Positions 48,679-59,050 of a stretch of DNA of 64,000 nucleotides are shown in pieces. The notes beneath the pieces are model-generated. The model saw nothing but the letters and a program-made list of their open reading frames with translations, did no database searches and was not told where the DNA came from. Position 1 is the stretch's first letter; each line of letters begins with the position of its first letter. This DNA is from Candidatus Heimdallarchaeota archaeon (GTDB lineage Archaea; Asgardarchaeota; Heimdallarchaeia; Heimdallarchaeales; Heimdallarchaeaceae). Made by a program: the position numbers and the translations under genes. Location: contig JAHLWR010000001.1 in assembly GCA_019057815.1 (NCBI GenBank), positions 32,001-96,000 on the forward strand, written 5' to 3'.

Positions 48679-49848
48679 ATGACAGATGATACTCCAGTTT
48701 TTTGGTCAGCTCCTTATCAAAAAGAGATATGTGCTAAAATCGTAGAAGTTAATGAAACTGAACTGAGATTCGATCGAGCATTATTTTATCCCGGTGGTGG
48801 AGGTCAACCACACGATTTAGGAACCATGAGCTATCAAGAGTATACACTACCTATCATTGAGGTTTATACAATAGAAGGAGAAATTTGGCATAAAATTGAT
48901 AAGAAAGAGACAATAGATTTTCAAGTCGATGAAGATGTTAAACTAGAACTAAATTGGAATCGTCGATACAATCTGATGAGAAGCCACACAGCTCAGCATT
49001 TATTGTCCTATTACATCAGAGAAATGCATGAATGTGAAACAATCAAAGCTAATTTTGATGAAGGGAAAATAGAAATCGAAACATCAAAAAAACTAAATCT
49101 TAATGATGTGATTAGAGTTCTCGAAGAATCCAATCATCGATTAGAAGAAAATGCTGATGTAATATCGATTATTGTTAATCAGGAAGCTTTCCAGGAAGAG
49201 TATAAGAGGAAAATTAGGGGAAAAACATCTGACGAAAAAAAAGTTAGAATGATACAATTAGGTGATTTTGACCTAGTGTGCTGTGGAGGAACACATGTTA
49301 ATAAAATGGCTGAAGTGAGAGGAATTTTTCTCGAAACAGTGAAAAACAGGGTCATAAAACTCTACACTGGTGGGAAAGGGATTAATTACACTAATAGACA
49401 AAGAGCAAATCTTCATGCGCTTGAAGAAATAACAGAGAAAAAAGATTCAAAACTAATTGAGCTTGTTAATAATAAATTGAAAGAAAATAAAAACCTAGAG
49501 GAAGGAAATATACTCCTTTTGAAATTACTTTTTCAAAAAATTCACACTTGGTCAGAAAAAATACAGAATTATTCTGTGATACTTTTGGATATCCCCACTC
49601 TTGACAGAATAACAGTTCAAGCAGCATTAAAGGAAGTGAGGGAAAAGATATTTGTTGCGATAATAGGCAAAAATGCTATTCTTTACCTTATTTCTACTAA
49701 CGAACGCATAAAAGCAAATGAGGTAATTGATAAAATAAAAGAGAAAACACGAGCTAAAGGCGGAGGTAATGAGGGGTTTGCACAGATGTCAGTCAAGGAT
49801 ATAGAAGAACCTTTACAACTAGTTAGGGAAGTAATATCTTCCCTGTGA
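48679..49848 (+). CDS. alaX: Alanyl-tRNA editing protein AlaX (long form with DHHA1)
   Basis: FYPGGGGQPHD, HTAQH, CGGTH, GGG in the C-terminal DHHA1 domain. Confidence 0.9.
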   Translation: MTDDTPVFWSAPYQKEICAKIVEVNETELRFDRALFYPGGGGQPHDLGTMSYQEYTLPIIEVYTIEGEIWHKIDKKETIDFQVDEDVKLELNWNRRYNLMRSHTAQHLLSYYIREMHECETIKANFDEGKIEIETSKKLNLNDVIRVLEESNHRLEENADVISIIVNQEAFQEEYKRKIRGKTSDEKKVRMIQLGDFDLVCCGGTHVNKMAEVRGIFLETVKNRVIKLYTGGKGINYTNRQRANLHALEEITEKKDSKLIELVNNKLKENKNLEEGNILLLKLLFQKIHTWSEKIQNYSVILLDIPTLDRITVQAALKEVREKIFVAIIGKNAILYLISTNERIKANEVIDKIKEKTRAKGGGNEGFAQMSVKDIEEPLQLVREVISSL

Positions 49849-49855
49849 AGAATTT

Positions 49856-50851
49856 TTAATACCAATCTTTTTTTGATTCTATATATGTATAAGTTAAAGG
49901 ATCATGTTTATCGTTTCTTTTAACCTTCTTCTCGTCAACTAATTTATTAAGATGAGCAGTCATATTAGCTCTGGGAGCTAGAACATTGTAGGGGTGATAC
50001 CACTTAATTCCTTGTGCACTATGTACTCTTTCTATCAAGTCATCGACTGTTAGAAATTTTCGTTCCATCATAGCCATCACTAATTGACTTTCAAATTCTT
50101 TGAATGCTCTAACTACATCTTCGATGTAGGGTTTAACATGACGTCCTTCTTGTACCAGGTCATGAGCAGGACACAAAACGGAAATTTTTGCTTTTAATAA
50201 AAATTCAATGTTCGAGAACCATTGTTTATAAGAAGCTGAATGATCTATCAAGTAACTATGAGGAAGGGAGGGATAAATACTAAGAGCATCTCCAACAAAC
50301 ATTGTTCTCTCTGTAGTGTAGAAGAACATACTATGACCTAGACAATGACTGTCATAGTTTATGATCATTAATTTTCCATCTCCTAAGTCAAATTTGTCTC
50401 CATCTTTGAAAAGGATATCAGGCTTAAAACGCTCTAATTCATCAAAAGGATCTTTTCTTATAGCAAAATATAATCGTTCTTTCTTTGTATATTTAAAGTA
50501 TTTAACTTTTAATACATTCTTAGGATTTTTTGCTACTTCTTCACATTTTTGATTTATTGCTACTTGGGCTTTTGTAAAGATTTTCTTTAAGCGATAGACT
50601 CCAGCCATGGTATCAGGGTGAGGGTGAGTAAGGAAGATATATTTCACATCTTTAGGATTTTTGTTCCTGTTAACCACAGCTTCTTGAAATAAGGTGTCTA
50701 GTGACCCTTTTGTTCCTGTATCAATTATAGCAAGATTGTCTTTACCTACAAGATAGCCTCTTGTCAGTTCTCCACCATCACCTAGTGGTCCATCAACAAC
50801 AGAAATTGTTTCTTTTAAACTTTTAATTGGATCTCCTATCACTTTTATCAC
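49856..50851 (-). CDS. Metallo-beta-lactamase-fold hydrolase
   Basis: IIDTG, THPHPD, H..GH, VGDA, PAH. Confidence 0.85.
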   Translation of the reverse strand: MIKVIGDPIKSLKETISVVDGPLGDGGELTRGYLVGKDNLAIIDTGTKGSLDTLFQEAVVNRNKNPKDVKYIFLTHPHPDTMAGVYRLKKIFTKAQVAINQKCEEVAKNPKNVLKVKYFKYTKKERLYFAIRKDPFDELERFKPDILFKDGDKFDLGDGKLMIINYDSHCLGHSMFFYTTERTMFVGDALSIYPSLPHSYLIDHSASYKQWFSNIEFLLKAKISVLCPAHDLVQEGRHVKPYIEDVVRAFKEFESQLVMAMMERKFLTVDDLIERVHSAQGIKWYHPYNVLAPRANMTAHLNKLVDEKKVKRNDKHDPLTYTYIESKKDWY

Positions 50852-50858
50852 TTCTTGA

Positions 50859-51686
50859 CTATTTAGCTTCAGATAATATTACCTTTACTACTTGACTAAC
50901 TTTTTTCATTCTATCGATTTCTTTAGACTTCTCAACTTTAGATTTTTGATAGGCTTTTTCACCTAGTTCTCCAGTTTGTGATTGAACATATAAAATTTCT
51001 AAGTTTCTCTGAAGTTGTTTCATTTTTCTTTCTAAAGCATCAAAAGTCTTTTTCATCTTAGTAAGTTCTATATTCAACTTCATATTAAAGCTTTCAAGAT
51101 TTTTCTTGTACTTAACCTCCATCTCATCGTAAGTCCCTCGGCTTATAGCTTTATCACCTTTTAAAGCTTGAAGACGTTTATACTTTTGACGCTCATTATT
51201 TCGATCTTCAATGATTTGTTCGATGGGTAATATAGCACTGAAATCTTCAAATTCAGCTTCAGTTTTTGTTATTTCACCTATTTCAGATGATAACGTTTTT
51301 ACTTTCGGTTTAGCTTCGCTAGCAGGGATGAGCTTATTTTTCACCCTATCTAGGAGTTTTGAGACTTCATCTTCAAGTTCTCGCTTTCTTTTTAGAAGAG
51401 AATTGTATTGTTCTCGTTTAACAACAGTTTCTGCGATTCTCTCAACTAGTTCATCATCACTTAGCTCTTTCTTCTCTACCTCTTCTTCTATCTCAATAGG
51501 TTCTTCAACTTCGTAAATTACACCGGTAGGAGATGTCTCGTCTTTCTTAACGCTCTCAACAACTTCACTAATCTCAACTTGTTTAGATTCTACTGGTCGG
51601 ATTATTTTAGCGCCACATTTACGACAAAAATTCCAATGGTCTTCGGTGGGGTTACGGCAGAATGGACATTCACTCATATTTATCAC
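50859..51686 (-). CDS. Zinc-ribbon plus CdvA-like coiled-coil protein
   Basis: CPFC/CRKC N-terminus. Coiled coils with 'AISRGTYDEM' and 'LYVQSQTGELGEKAY'. Confidence 0.6.
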   Translation of the reverse strand: MINMSECPFCRNPTEDHWNFCRKCGAKIIRPVESKQVEISEVVESVKKDETSPTGVIYEVEEPIEIEEEVEKKELSDDELVERIAETVVKREQYNSLLKRKRELEDEVSKLLDRVKNKLIPASEAKPKVKTLSSEIGEITKTEAEFEDFSAILPIEQIIEDRNNERQKYKRLQALKGDKAISRGTYDEMEVKYKKNLESFNMKLNIELTKMKKTFDALERKMKQLQRNLEILYVQSQTGELGEKAYQKSKVEKSKEIDRMKKVSQVVKVILSEAK

Positions 51687-51753
51687 CTAACTATCATATA
51701 ACATTGAGATATATTTAGAGTTATCCTTAAAAAAGATAACCAAAACAAGCAAT

Positions 51754-52326
51754 GTGATATTGATGAAAATTGTTTGTTGCTCCAAAAACCCTGTAAAGAT
51801 TCAGGCCGTTAAAGAAGCGTTTTCTTCTTATTTTGAGACTTTTCAGCTTGAATCTTTGGACATGAAACCTTATTCTTCTGTCTTGTTACAGCCACTTACT
51901 CCTGAGAAGACTCTTGAATCAGCTGTTAACAGAATAATTACGGCACGTAAGTTGGAAAAAGCTGATTTTTTTGTTAGTCTCGAGGGAGGTATGGGGAAGG
52001 ATCAATATGGAGCTTTTCTTACAGCTTATGTTTGTGTTTCTAATGAAGCTAATGCAAGAAAAATATCCGTTTCTGGTGGGTTTCGAATGCCACTTCCGGT
52101 AAAAATCTACCAGAAATTAGAAAATGATAGAAGTCTAGAGCTTGGAGACATAATAGACATAATTACTGGAGAGAGCAATGTAAAGCAACAAGGGGGATCA
52201 GCAGCTGTTTTTACTGATAATCGGATTCACAGAAAAGATGTTTTCAAACAAGCTGTTATTTTTGCTTTAATCCCATTTACAAGTGATAAATACAAAAGTC
52301 TTGAGATTTCTAATAACAATGACTGA
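51754..52326 (+). CDS. yjjX: Inosine/xanthosine triphosphatase (YjjX family)
   Basis: SKNPVKIQAV, QP...T...AVNR, LEGG, ELGD...NVKQQGG. Confidence 0.9.
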   Translation: MILMKIVCCSKNPVKIQAVKEAFSSYFETFQLESLDMKPYSSVLLQPLTPEKTLESAVNRIITARKLEKADFFVSLEGGMGKDQYGAFLTAYVCVSNEANARKISVSGGFRMPLPVKIYQKLENDRSLELGDIIDIITGESNVKQQGGSAAVFTDNRIHRKDVFKQAVIFALIPFTSDKYKSLEISNNND

Positions 52327-52355
52327 TTCCTCAAATTATCTAATGAAAGAGTTTT

Positions 52356-53192
52356 TTAGAAATACTCTTTCGTATTTAATACATAATAAGCACCAAAGAG
52401 AAATGCAACAATAGCTATCATTATTACGAGAAATGCTTGCCAGATATCCATAAAAGAACTAGCAATTCTTAAAGGGAACGTTTCTACTGCTACTATTGTT
52501 TTAGTAAGATAACTATGAATGTAATAACTCCCAAAAATATACCTAATATTGTCGAATAGCGAAACAAAAAGTCTGTAACCTGATAGTTCATAACCTAGTA
52601 CATAGATTACTGAGAATATAATCGAACGTTTAGATAAAGTTCCAAAAAAGAGAACAACAGCAATGATCAAAAGAACATACAACATCACAGCTACGCAAAG
52701 ATGGCACAAATCAATAAGACCTGTTTTGAAATCAAATTGAGGATCTGCTGCCCCATATAATAGAAAATTAATAATTACAGGAGGTAAAGATAGCAAAAAT
52801 CCAATTGGAACTAATGACATGTATTTTTGCAGGATTATCCATAATCTTGAAACAGGCCTCGTTAACAGATAAACAATTGTATGATTTTTTTGTTCTTCTC
52901 CTAAGGAGATAGAAGTGAATATTGCTACCAGTATGGGAATAAGAACATAAAGATAAATAATATAGATATTATTTATGAAAAAAACAACAGCATCTTCACT
53001 TGACAATGCCCAGTTATTGTGATTTCCAGAAATCCGTTGAAAAACATAAAATAAAGGTATAATGATAGGCACTAATAAAATAACTTCAATAACTATTATA
53101 CGTTTTATTTTTAAATAACTAAAGAAAGAGTTTTTGAATATCTCTAAATTGAAAGCAAGTTTTCCTGAATTAGTACTTTTCCCTTGTCCCAT
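52356..53192 (-). CDS. ABC-2 type transporter permease
   Basis: Six TM segments, 'EEQKNHTIVYLLTRPVSR..IILQKY'. Confidence 0.9.
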   Translation of the reverse strand: MGQGKSTNSGKLAFNLEIFKNSFFSYLKIKRIIVIEVILLVPIIIPLFYVFQRISGNHNNWALSSEDAVVFFINNIYIIYLYVLIPILVAIFTSISLGEEQKNHTIVYLLTRPVSRLWIILQKYMSLVPIGFLLSLPPVIINFLLYGAADPQFDFKTGLIDLCHLCVAVMLYVLLIIAVVLFFGTLSKRSIIFSVIYVLGYELSGYRLFVSLFDNIRYIFGSYYIHSYLTKTIVAVETFPLRIASSFMDIWQAFLVIMIAIVAFLFGAYYVLNTKEYF

Positions 53193-53196
53193 TTAA

Positions 53197-54132
53197 TCAC
53201 CTTATAAGATACCTAAACACTGAATCAAGATTATCATCAGTTGATGATATATGAAAAACATTTAATTTGTTAGATTCAATTATTTTGGGGAGTTGCCCAT
53301 AGAATTTTGAGGGGTTACTCGTTTTTACATACAAGACTTCCTCTCCATTCTCATCTTTTATGAAACTTATATTTTGAATGTGAGATAGTGATAGCATATG
53401 TTCAGCAAGCTTTCTTACTTTAACCCCTTTAATTTTTACTTCGTGTGGATATTGATAAATAAGTTCTCTTATTTCATGTATTTTCCCCGAAGCAAGTACT
53501 TTCCCTTGGTAAACTAGCAATATTTTAGGAGATATTTTTTCTATTTCATGTAATACATGAGAGGAAACAATTACTGATTTTCCAGCCTTACTCATATCTT
53601 TTATTAAAAACATAAGCTTAATTCTTGTTACTGGGTCAGCTCCCGCTAAAGGTTCATCCATTATCAATAGTTCAGGATCATGTGCAATTGCTTGAGCGAA
53701 TTTCATTCTTTGCTTCATCCCTTTTGAATAACCTCCAATTGCTCTATCTGCGGCTCCTTCCATTTCAACAATCTTAATAGCTTCGTTCGCTAATTTCACT
53801 GATTCTGAGCTTGAAAAACCATATAGTCTGACTAAGGAGGTTACAAAATGCCTACCTGTTTGTCCATAGTAGAAAGCATCATATTCCGGACAATATCCTA
53901 TTCTCTTGTAGAGAAGCAAGTTCTTCCACGGATTTTGTCCAAGAGTAGAAATTTGACCTTTTGAAGGTTTAATTTGACCAATCATAAGTTTCTGAAAAGT
54001 AGTTTTACCTGCTCCATTTGGTCCCAATAATCCAGTAATTCCACTCTGAATGGTTGTATTAACTTGATTAAGACCTACAACTTTTCCATAGAAACGGGAT
54101 AAATCGACAGCCTCTATTATATTTGCACACAT
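53197..54132 (-). CDS. ABC transporter ATP-binding protein
   Basis: GPNGAGKT, YSKGMKQR, MDEP, SSH. Confidence 0.95.
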   Translation of the reverse strand: MCANIIEAVDLSRFYGKVVGLNQVNTTIQSGITGLLGPNGAGKTTFQKLMIGQIKPSKGQISTLGQNPWKNLLLYKRIGYCPEYDAFYYGQTGRHFVTSLVRLYGFSSSESVKLANEAIKIVEMEGAADRAIGGYSKGMKQRMKFAQAIAHDPELLIMDEPLAGADPVTRIKLMFLIKDMSKAGKSVIVSSHVLHEIEKISPKILLVYQGKVLASGKIHEIRELIYQYPHEVKIKGVKVRKLAEHMLSLSHIQNISFIKDENGEEVLYVKTSNPSKFYGQLPKIIESNKLNVFHISSTDDNLDSVFRYLIR

Positions 54133-54143
54133 ATCATTTTCAC

Positions 54144-55112
54144 CTATTCAGTTAATTCTAGTTTTCTTATTTGTCTAATTAGGATGTAGAGGAAAATCAC
54201 TATCAGAATGACAATAAACAGAAAACATATACCTACACTTATGGGGGAAAGGGTAGCTGCAATTTCTTGGGTACTAGCGAAATAATCGGAGGGAGAAACC
54301 CCAATTAACCACAGTTGAATGACTTTTAGACAAATTGGTAAACTAAATAAATACCAGAAATCTATACCCAAAACATTCCTCATGATTTGAGAAAATAGAG
54401 TCGATAAAGGATTAATTGCTGCTGTTAACATCCCAACATACAATCCACGTTTTGTAATACTTGAGAGAGATAAAACCAATGTCATTATTAAAAAACCATT
54501 AATAAGGCCAGATAATAAAGCTGGGAAGTAAACTGAAACAATATCTAATGCAACTTGACTGAACGATCTTTCCATTAAGATTTCCAGTGTAAAGAAGTAC
54601 AATGTTGTTGGAACCCAAGTAAAAGAAAGAACATAAATGAAAACTGCACCATATTTTCCAATAACATATTCTGCTTTTCTAATAGGCCTAGAAAGATACA
54701 ATGTTATAGAATTGTATTCCCTATCATTAGATATAAGGTTGGATCCTACCCAACCAATTAGAAGAACATCAAAAAAACTAAATTGGGAACCTAACATTGC
54801 TGCAAAGACTCGCAGGAAAGCTGTTTTGCCTGCAAAAATAGGAAGGAAGGTTGGTGACATCATTAACCCAAAAAGAGCATCAAAGGAAAGCATAAATGTT
54901 ATACCAGAAATCCCGAAGGATATTAATTTAAAAATTCCAATAACTAAAATAGCAATTCGCGCAAAAATTAATAATTTTACAACTCTTGAACCAAGTGCTG
55001 TTTTTGCTTCAACTATTGCAATTGTAAGGACCCTATAAATAGTGCCTTTGAATTTCTTTTCCCATTTTCTATACCCTAAAGAGTAAATCTGAGAAGTGCT
55101 TTCACTTTCCAT
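54144..55112 (-). CDS. ABC-2 type transporter permease
   Basis: 'ISNDREYNSITLYLSRPIRKAEYVIGK'. Confidence 0.9.
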   Translation of the reverse strand: MESESTSQIYSLGYRKWEKKFKGTIYRVLTIAIVEAKTALGSRVVKLLIFARIAILVIGIFKLISFGISGITFMLSFDALFGLMMSPTFLPIFAGKTAFLRVFAAMLGSQFSFFDVLLIGWVGSNLISNDREYNSITLYLSRPIRKAEYVIGKYGAVFIYVLSFTWVPTTLYFFTLEILMERSFSQVALDIVSVYFPALLSGLINGFLIMTLVLSLSSITKRGLYVGMLTAAINPLSTLFSQIMRNVLGIDFWYLFSLPICLKVIQLWLIGVSPSDYFASTQEIAATLSPISVGICFLFIVILIVIFLYILIRQIRKLELTE

Positions 55113-55123
55113 TGTTTTCCCTC

Positions 55124-56041
55124 TTATATATCCTGTGATTTCATTAATTCCACAAAGAATTCTTCGAGTGTATAACGTTCTCTTTCTAGAAGCATAAGCT
55201 GAAAATTATTTGCTGCTGCAAGTTTTATTACTTTGGATGGAACATCTGCTTCTCCTTGAATTATCAGTATTTCATCCTTAATTGACACATCCATCATACC
55301 ATTATTAACTAATATTTCATAGAAGGTTTCTGGGTTATTCACCTTAATTTTGTAGAATTCTCTATCTTTGGTTAGGAGATCATTCAAATTGCCATATTTA
55401 ACAAGATGACCTTCTGATAATATTAAAGTGGTTTCACATGTTTCCTCAACATCAGGTAGAATATGAGAGGATAGTAAGATATGTTTACCATTTCGGTTTA
55501 GATCACGTATTAGTTCAAGCATTTCTTCTCTTCCTACTGGATCTAAACCATTAGTAGGCTCGTCTATTAGTAATAAATCGGGATCATGAACAAGAGCTTG
55601 CGCCATCTTTAAACGCTGTATCATACCCGCAGAATATGTTCCAGTCTTTCTGTATCTTTGTTCCTTCAGACCTACATAATCTAAACACTCATGAGCTCGT
55701 TGCATTGCATCTGCTTTTGGCATGCCTACTAAACGACCAAAATATGTACAAACTGATACACCATCCATATCTAGTGGTATGCATTTTGCTTCAGGCATAT
55801 AACCAATTAACTGTCGAATTCTACGCGCATCTTTAGAACTGTTATAGCCCAACACATAGGATTCTCCCTCTGTAATATTCAATAACCCGATTAAACATTT
55901 AATCATAGTGGACTTTCCACTACCATTTGGTCCTAGAATCCCTAAAGTTCCACCATGAAATTCAAAATTTACGGATTCTATACCTTTTATAGGGCCATAG
56001 AATTTTGTTAAATTCTTCGCCTCAATAATAACATCGGGCAT
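55124..56041 (-). CDS. ABC transporter ATP-binding protein
   Basis: GPNGSGKS, YSAGMIQR, IDEPTNGLDP, SSH. Confidence 0.95.
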   Translation of the reverse strand: MPDVIIEAKNLTKFYGPIKGIESVNFEFHGGTLGILGPNGSGKSTMIKCLIGLLNITEGESYVLGYNSSKDARRIRQLIGYMPEAKCIPLDMDGVSVCTYFGRLVGMPKADAMQRAHECLDYVGLKEQRYRKTGTYSAGMIQRLKMAQALVHDPDLLLIDEPTNGLDPVGREEMLELIRDLNRNGKHILLSSHILPDVEETCETTLILSEGHLVKYGNLNDLLTKDREFYKIKVNNPETFYEILVNNGMMDVSIKDEILIIQGEADVPSKVIKLAAANNFQLMLLERERYTLEEFFVELMKSQDI

Positions 56042-56193
56042 AAGACTTACTCTCTTGAGTTTGTACTCCGACTATTATAAAGCTAATTGTTTTTTATCTC
56101 AAAAATGTATGACTCTAGGAAAATTTGTTTTATCGACACATTTTATAAAGCTTGGAACAGAGTTGGTATTAGAAAATTAGAAAAGGGATTATC

Positions 56194-56442
56194 ATGAAAG
56201 ATAAGATCCAAGAAGTATTAAACGAGATTAGAGTTGCTCTTCAACAAGATGGTGGAGATATAGAGTTAGTGGGTGTTGACGAAAATACAGGTGTTGTTAG
56301 AGTAGAGTTACAAGGCAGATGTAGAGGGTGCCCCTATAGTCAGATGACACTCACAGGCTATGTGGAGAAGGTTCTGAAAGAACGAGTCCCAGAAGTTACT
56401 GAAGTTTTAAATGTAAACTTAGAATCCATGAAAACTTCCTAG
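56194..56442 (+). CDS. NifU C-terminal / Nfu Fe-S carrier protein
   Basis: 'IRVALQQDGGDIELV...LQGRCRGCP'. Confidence 0.92.
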   Translation: MKDKIQEVLNEIRVALQQDGGDIELVGVDENTGVVRVELQGRCRGCPYSQMTLTGYVEKVLKERVPEVTEVLNVNLESMKTS

Positions 56443-56497
56443 ATTTCTATGCAAAACGTTTTTATTTCGTTTTTTCTAATAGTAAAAAGGATTAATC

Positions 56498-59044
56498 ATG
56501 GTTTCTACAATTCCTCCGGAGATAGCGGTCCACCAAAACCGAATCAGCCCTGAGCTCAGAGATTTTATTGCTCAAACTTTAGGGATGAAAATAACACCTA
56601 AACCCGTTACACAATTGATTAAAACTCTTTGGAATATCATTGATGACCCAGTTTATGAAACGGATGAGGAACTCAAGTATTTAGCAAGTAAACTTGGCGT
56701 TATTACGGGAAATTATGATTTATCGATCAAATGTATCTCTGATTCAAATGTTGGCACCAAAGTTTGGGGAAGTGTTGGTCTTTTTGAGATAGGACAAGTC
56801 GACCAAGCATTCAGAGGTTTATTTGAGGTCTTAGAAGATGAAAATACAGATGTTGTTCCCCTCATTGAAGCTTTATTTTGGATAATTTATCTTAAAACAT
56901 TGATTGGTGATACAGAAGAACTAGAGAACTTTAAGGAATTATTACAATTACTTTTTGAAGAGAAAAAAACGATGTTAATTCCTGTTCAGTTACGTGAACT
57001 CAAGAATTTCGCAGATGGACTAGTCGATCTCTATTCTTCGAATAGCGTCTCTGGTATCAAGAAAATAGAAGAATTTTATCAAAATCGAAAAGAAGCAAAG
57101 GATCAATATTGGCTACTACTTTCTCTTCTAGTAATGGGAGAACAAAAACTTGATACATCTGATTTTAAAGTTGCAGAAGAGATTTATAAAGAATCTTCGA
57201 TTCTAGCTTCTAATCTTGCAAACATTACTTTGACAGAGGCAGCTCAGATAGGTACTGCTAATGTTTTTTATCTAAAAGGGTTATTAAAACATGGGAATGT
57301 TATAACTGCAAAAATAATAGACAAACTTCAAGGGCAATCTCACTATTATTCAGGAAAAGCTCACTTCATACGGGGTAAATTACTAGCAAAACTAGGACAG
57401 CACTCATCTGCAAGGAATCACTTTTTTGAATCAAATCGTTTAGCTGAGAGATATGGTGACCATAATAAGGAATTTTTATCACTACTAGCCATAGCAGACA
57501 ACTACTCCAATTTGGATGAAATGGATAAAGCAGAGGAGTTATATGAGAAAGCTTACACGCAAGTAGTCAATATTTCAAACAAAAAGCAATTTACTAAAGC
57601 TTTGACCCAACTAGTTATTGGTGATTACAAACAAGAAAAATACGAAAGAGCGTTTAGAAGAATAGATCAAATTGAAACGCTTTCCGAAGAAATATTATAC
57701 CAAAAGGGGAAAACAGATGCTTTGAGATTACGTGCTCAAATAGCTATATTAAGGAATCAAGATCTAGACAAACAAATAAACGTTTTAAAAGCGTGTCAAG
57801 TCCTTTATACAGAAATTAGAGACGAAGAAAATGATGCAGGTTGTTCTATACTGATTGCAGATGCATATAGAAAATCTGGTCGAAATGAAGAAGCTGCAAA
57901 GCATCTAGAGGAAGCTAAAAATTTCTATCTAACAGTACATGATAACATGAAAATCGCACAAATTAAAGAACTTCAATCTACATTCGATGTCAAAGAGGGA
58001 AGATACGATGAAGCTTTAGTTAAATTAAGAGCAGCATACAGCCACTATTCTGACATCTTTGATCGCACTATGAGAGCTAGATGTTTACGAAGAATTGCAG
58101 ATATATTAGTACTAAAAGCTAGTTTTGTAGACGGTATAGACCGCTATGAAAAAGTAAGGAACAGTTTAATAGACTTCAAGAAAGGCACCGAATCAGCGAT
58201 TATTAATTTAAATGAAGCAAGAGTCATTCACATTACTGAAAAAAGCAATAAGAGTCTCAAATATTTTGAAGATGCGGAAAAATACGCGAAGGATAATAAG
58301 TTAACACAAATGGTGTTTAAAATTTATACTGAAAAAGCATATTCTTTAGCGTTACGCGGAAATAAAAATAAATTAAAAGAAATAAAGGAAGAAATTGACC
58401 AACTAGAAGGAATAGAAGATAAAACTAAAAAAACTTGGAATAATTTCCTAACATCTACAAACCTAATTCAAGAAGAAGAATATCAAGAAGCATATGAATT
58501 ATTACTTCAGATCCTACATGATTCTTTAGAAAAAGACAGTTTAATGCCTTTGGGAATTCTTTTTAGTATTCTAAGAATACTTATGACAATTAATAGATTA
58601 GATATTGATGATTTCACTGTTGAAGAAGTCAACAATTATTTAGGATTAACGAAAAGTTTGGTTGCGGAAACAAACTTCTTCTATCTCCAAGGCTTAGTGA
58701 GCTTAATTGAAATAGTTTTGCAATATATAACATCTAAAAACCAAAATATTGCTGAAACAATTGTTCAAGCTTCAACATTTTTTGCAAGTACTGGTATGGA
58801 AAAATTCAGCACAAAATTACTGATTTTGCAATATAACATCAGTGTTTGGGAAGACAACGTCGATAAAAGAATCAAGCAAATACTTGGGTCACCAAAACCG
58901 TATGATTCTCCATTTGAAGCTTTATATGAGTTAGTTGACCAAGCGAGATTCTCTTTGTTTATTGAAAGAATAAGAACAACTGAAAATGATTTTGTACAAG
59001 AACTGAGCTTTGTGAGTAAAAAACAGAAAACTAATCTCTCCTAA
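56498..59044 (+). CDS. Large TPR-like alpha-solenoid protein
   Basis: Repeated helix-pair TPR-like motifs across 848 aa. Confidence 0.75.
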   Translation: MVSTIPPEIAVHQNRISPELRDFIAQTLGMKITPKPVTQLIKTLWNIIDDPVYETDEELKYLASKLGVITGNYDLSIKCISDSNVGTKVWGSVGLFEIGQVDQAFRGLFEVLEDENTDVVPLIEALFWIIYLKTLIGDTEELENFKELLQLLFEEKKTMLIPVQLRELKNFADGLVDLYSSNSVSGIKKIEEFYQNRKEAKDQYWLLLSLLVMGEQKLDTSDFKVAEEIYKESSILASNLANITLTEAAQIGTANVFYLKGLLKHGNVITAKIIDKLQGQSHYYSGKAHFIRGKLLAKLGQHSSARNHFFESNRLAERYGDHNKEFLSLLAIADNYSNLDEMDKAEELYEKAYTQVVNISNKKQFTKALTQLVIGDYKQEKYERAFRRIDQIETLSEEILYQKGKTDALRLRAQIAILRNQDLDKQINVLKACQVLYTEIRDEENDAGCSILIADAYRKSGRNEEAAKHLEEAKNFYLTVHDNMKIAQIKELQSTFDVKEGRYDEALVKLRAAYSHYSDIFDRTMRARCLRRIADILVLKASFVDGIDRYEKVRNSLIDFKKGTESAIINLNEARVIHITEKSNKSLKYFEDAEKYAKDNKLTQMVFKIYTEKAYSLALRGNKNKLKEIKEEIDQLEGIEDKTKKTWNNFLTSTNLIQEEEYQEAYELLLQILHDSLEKDSLMPLGILFSILRILMTINRLDIDDFTVEEVNNYLGLTKSLVAETNFFYLQGLVSLIEIVLQYITSKNQNIAETIVQASTFFASTGMEKFSTKLLILQYNISVWEDNVDKRIKQILGSPKPYDSPFEALYELVDQARFSLFIERIRTTENDFVQELSFVSKKQKTNLS

Positions 59045-59050
59045 ACTTTT

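Noticed and set aside
2949-55836. Numerous 60-130 aa ORFs antisense to or nested in longer genes (for example 2949..3266, 26735..27052, 51211..51516, 54637..55038, and 23229..23420 over the tRNA)
   Set aside because: These are shadow ORFs of well-supported genes, with no motifs or independent signals.
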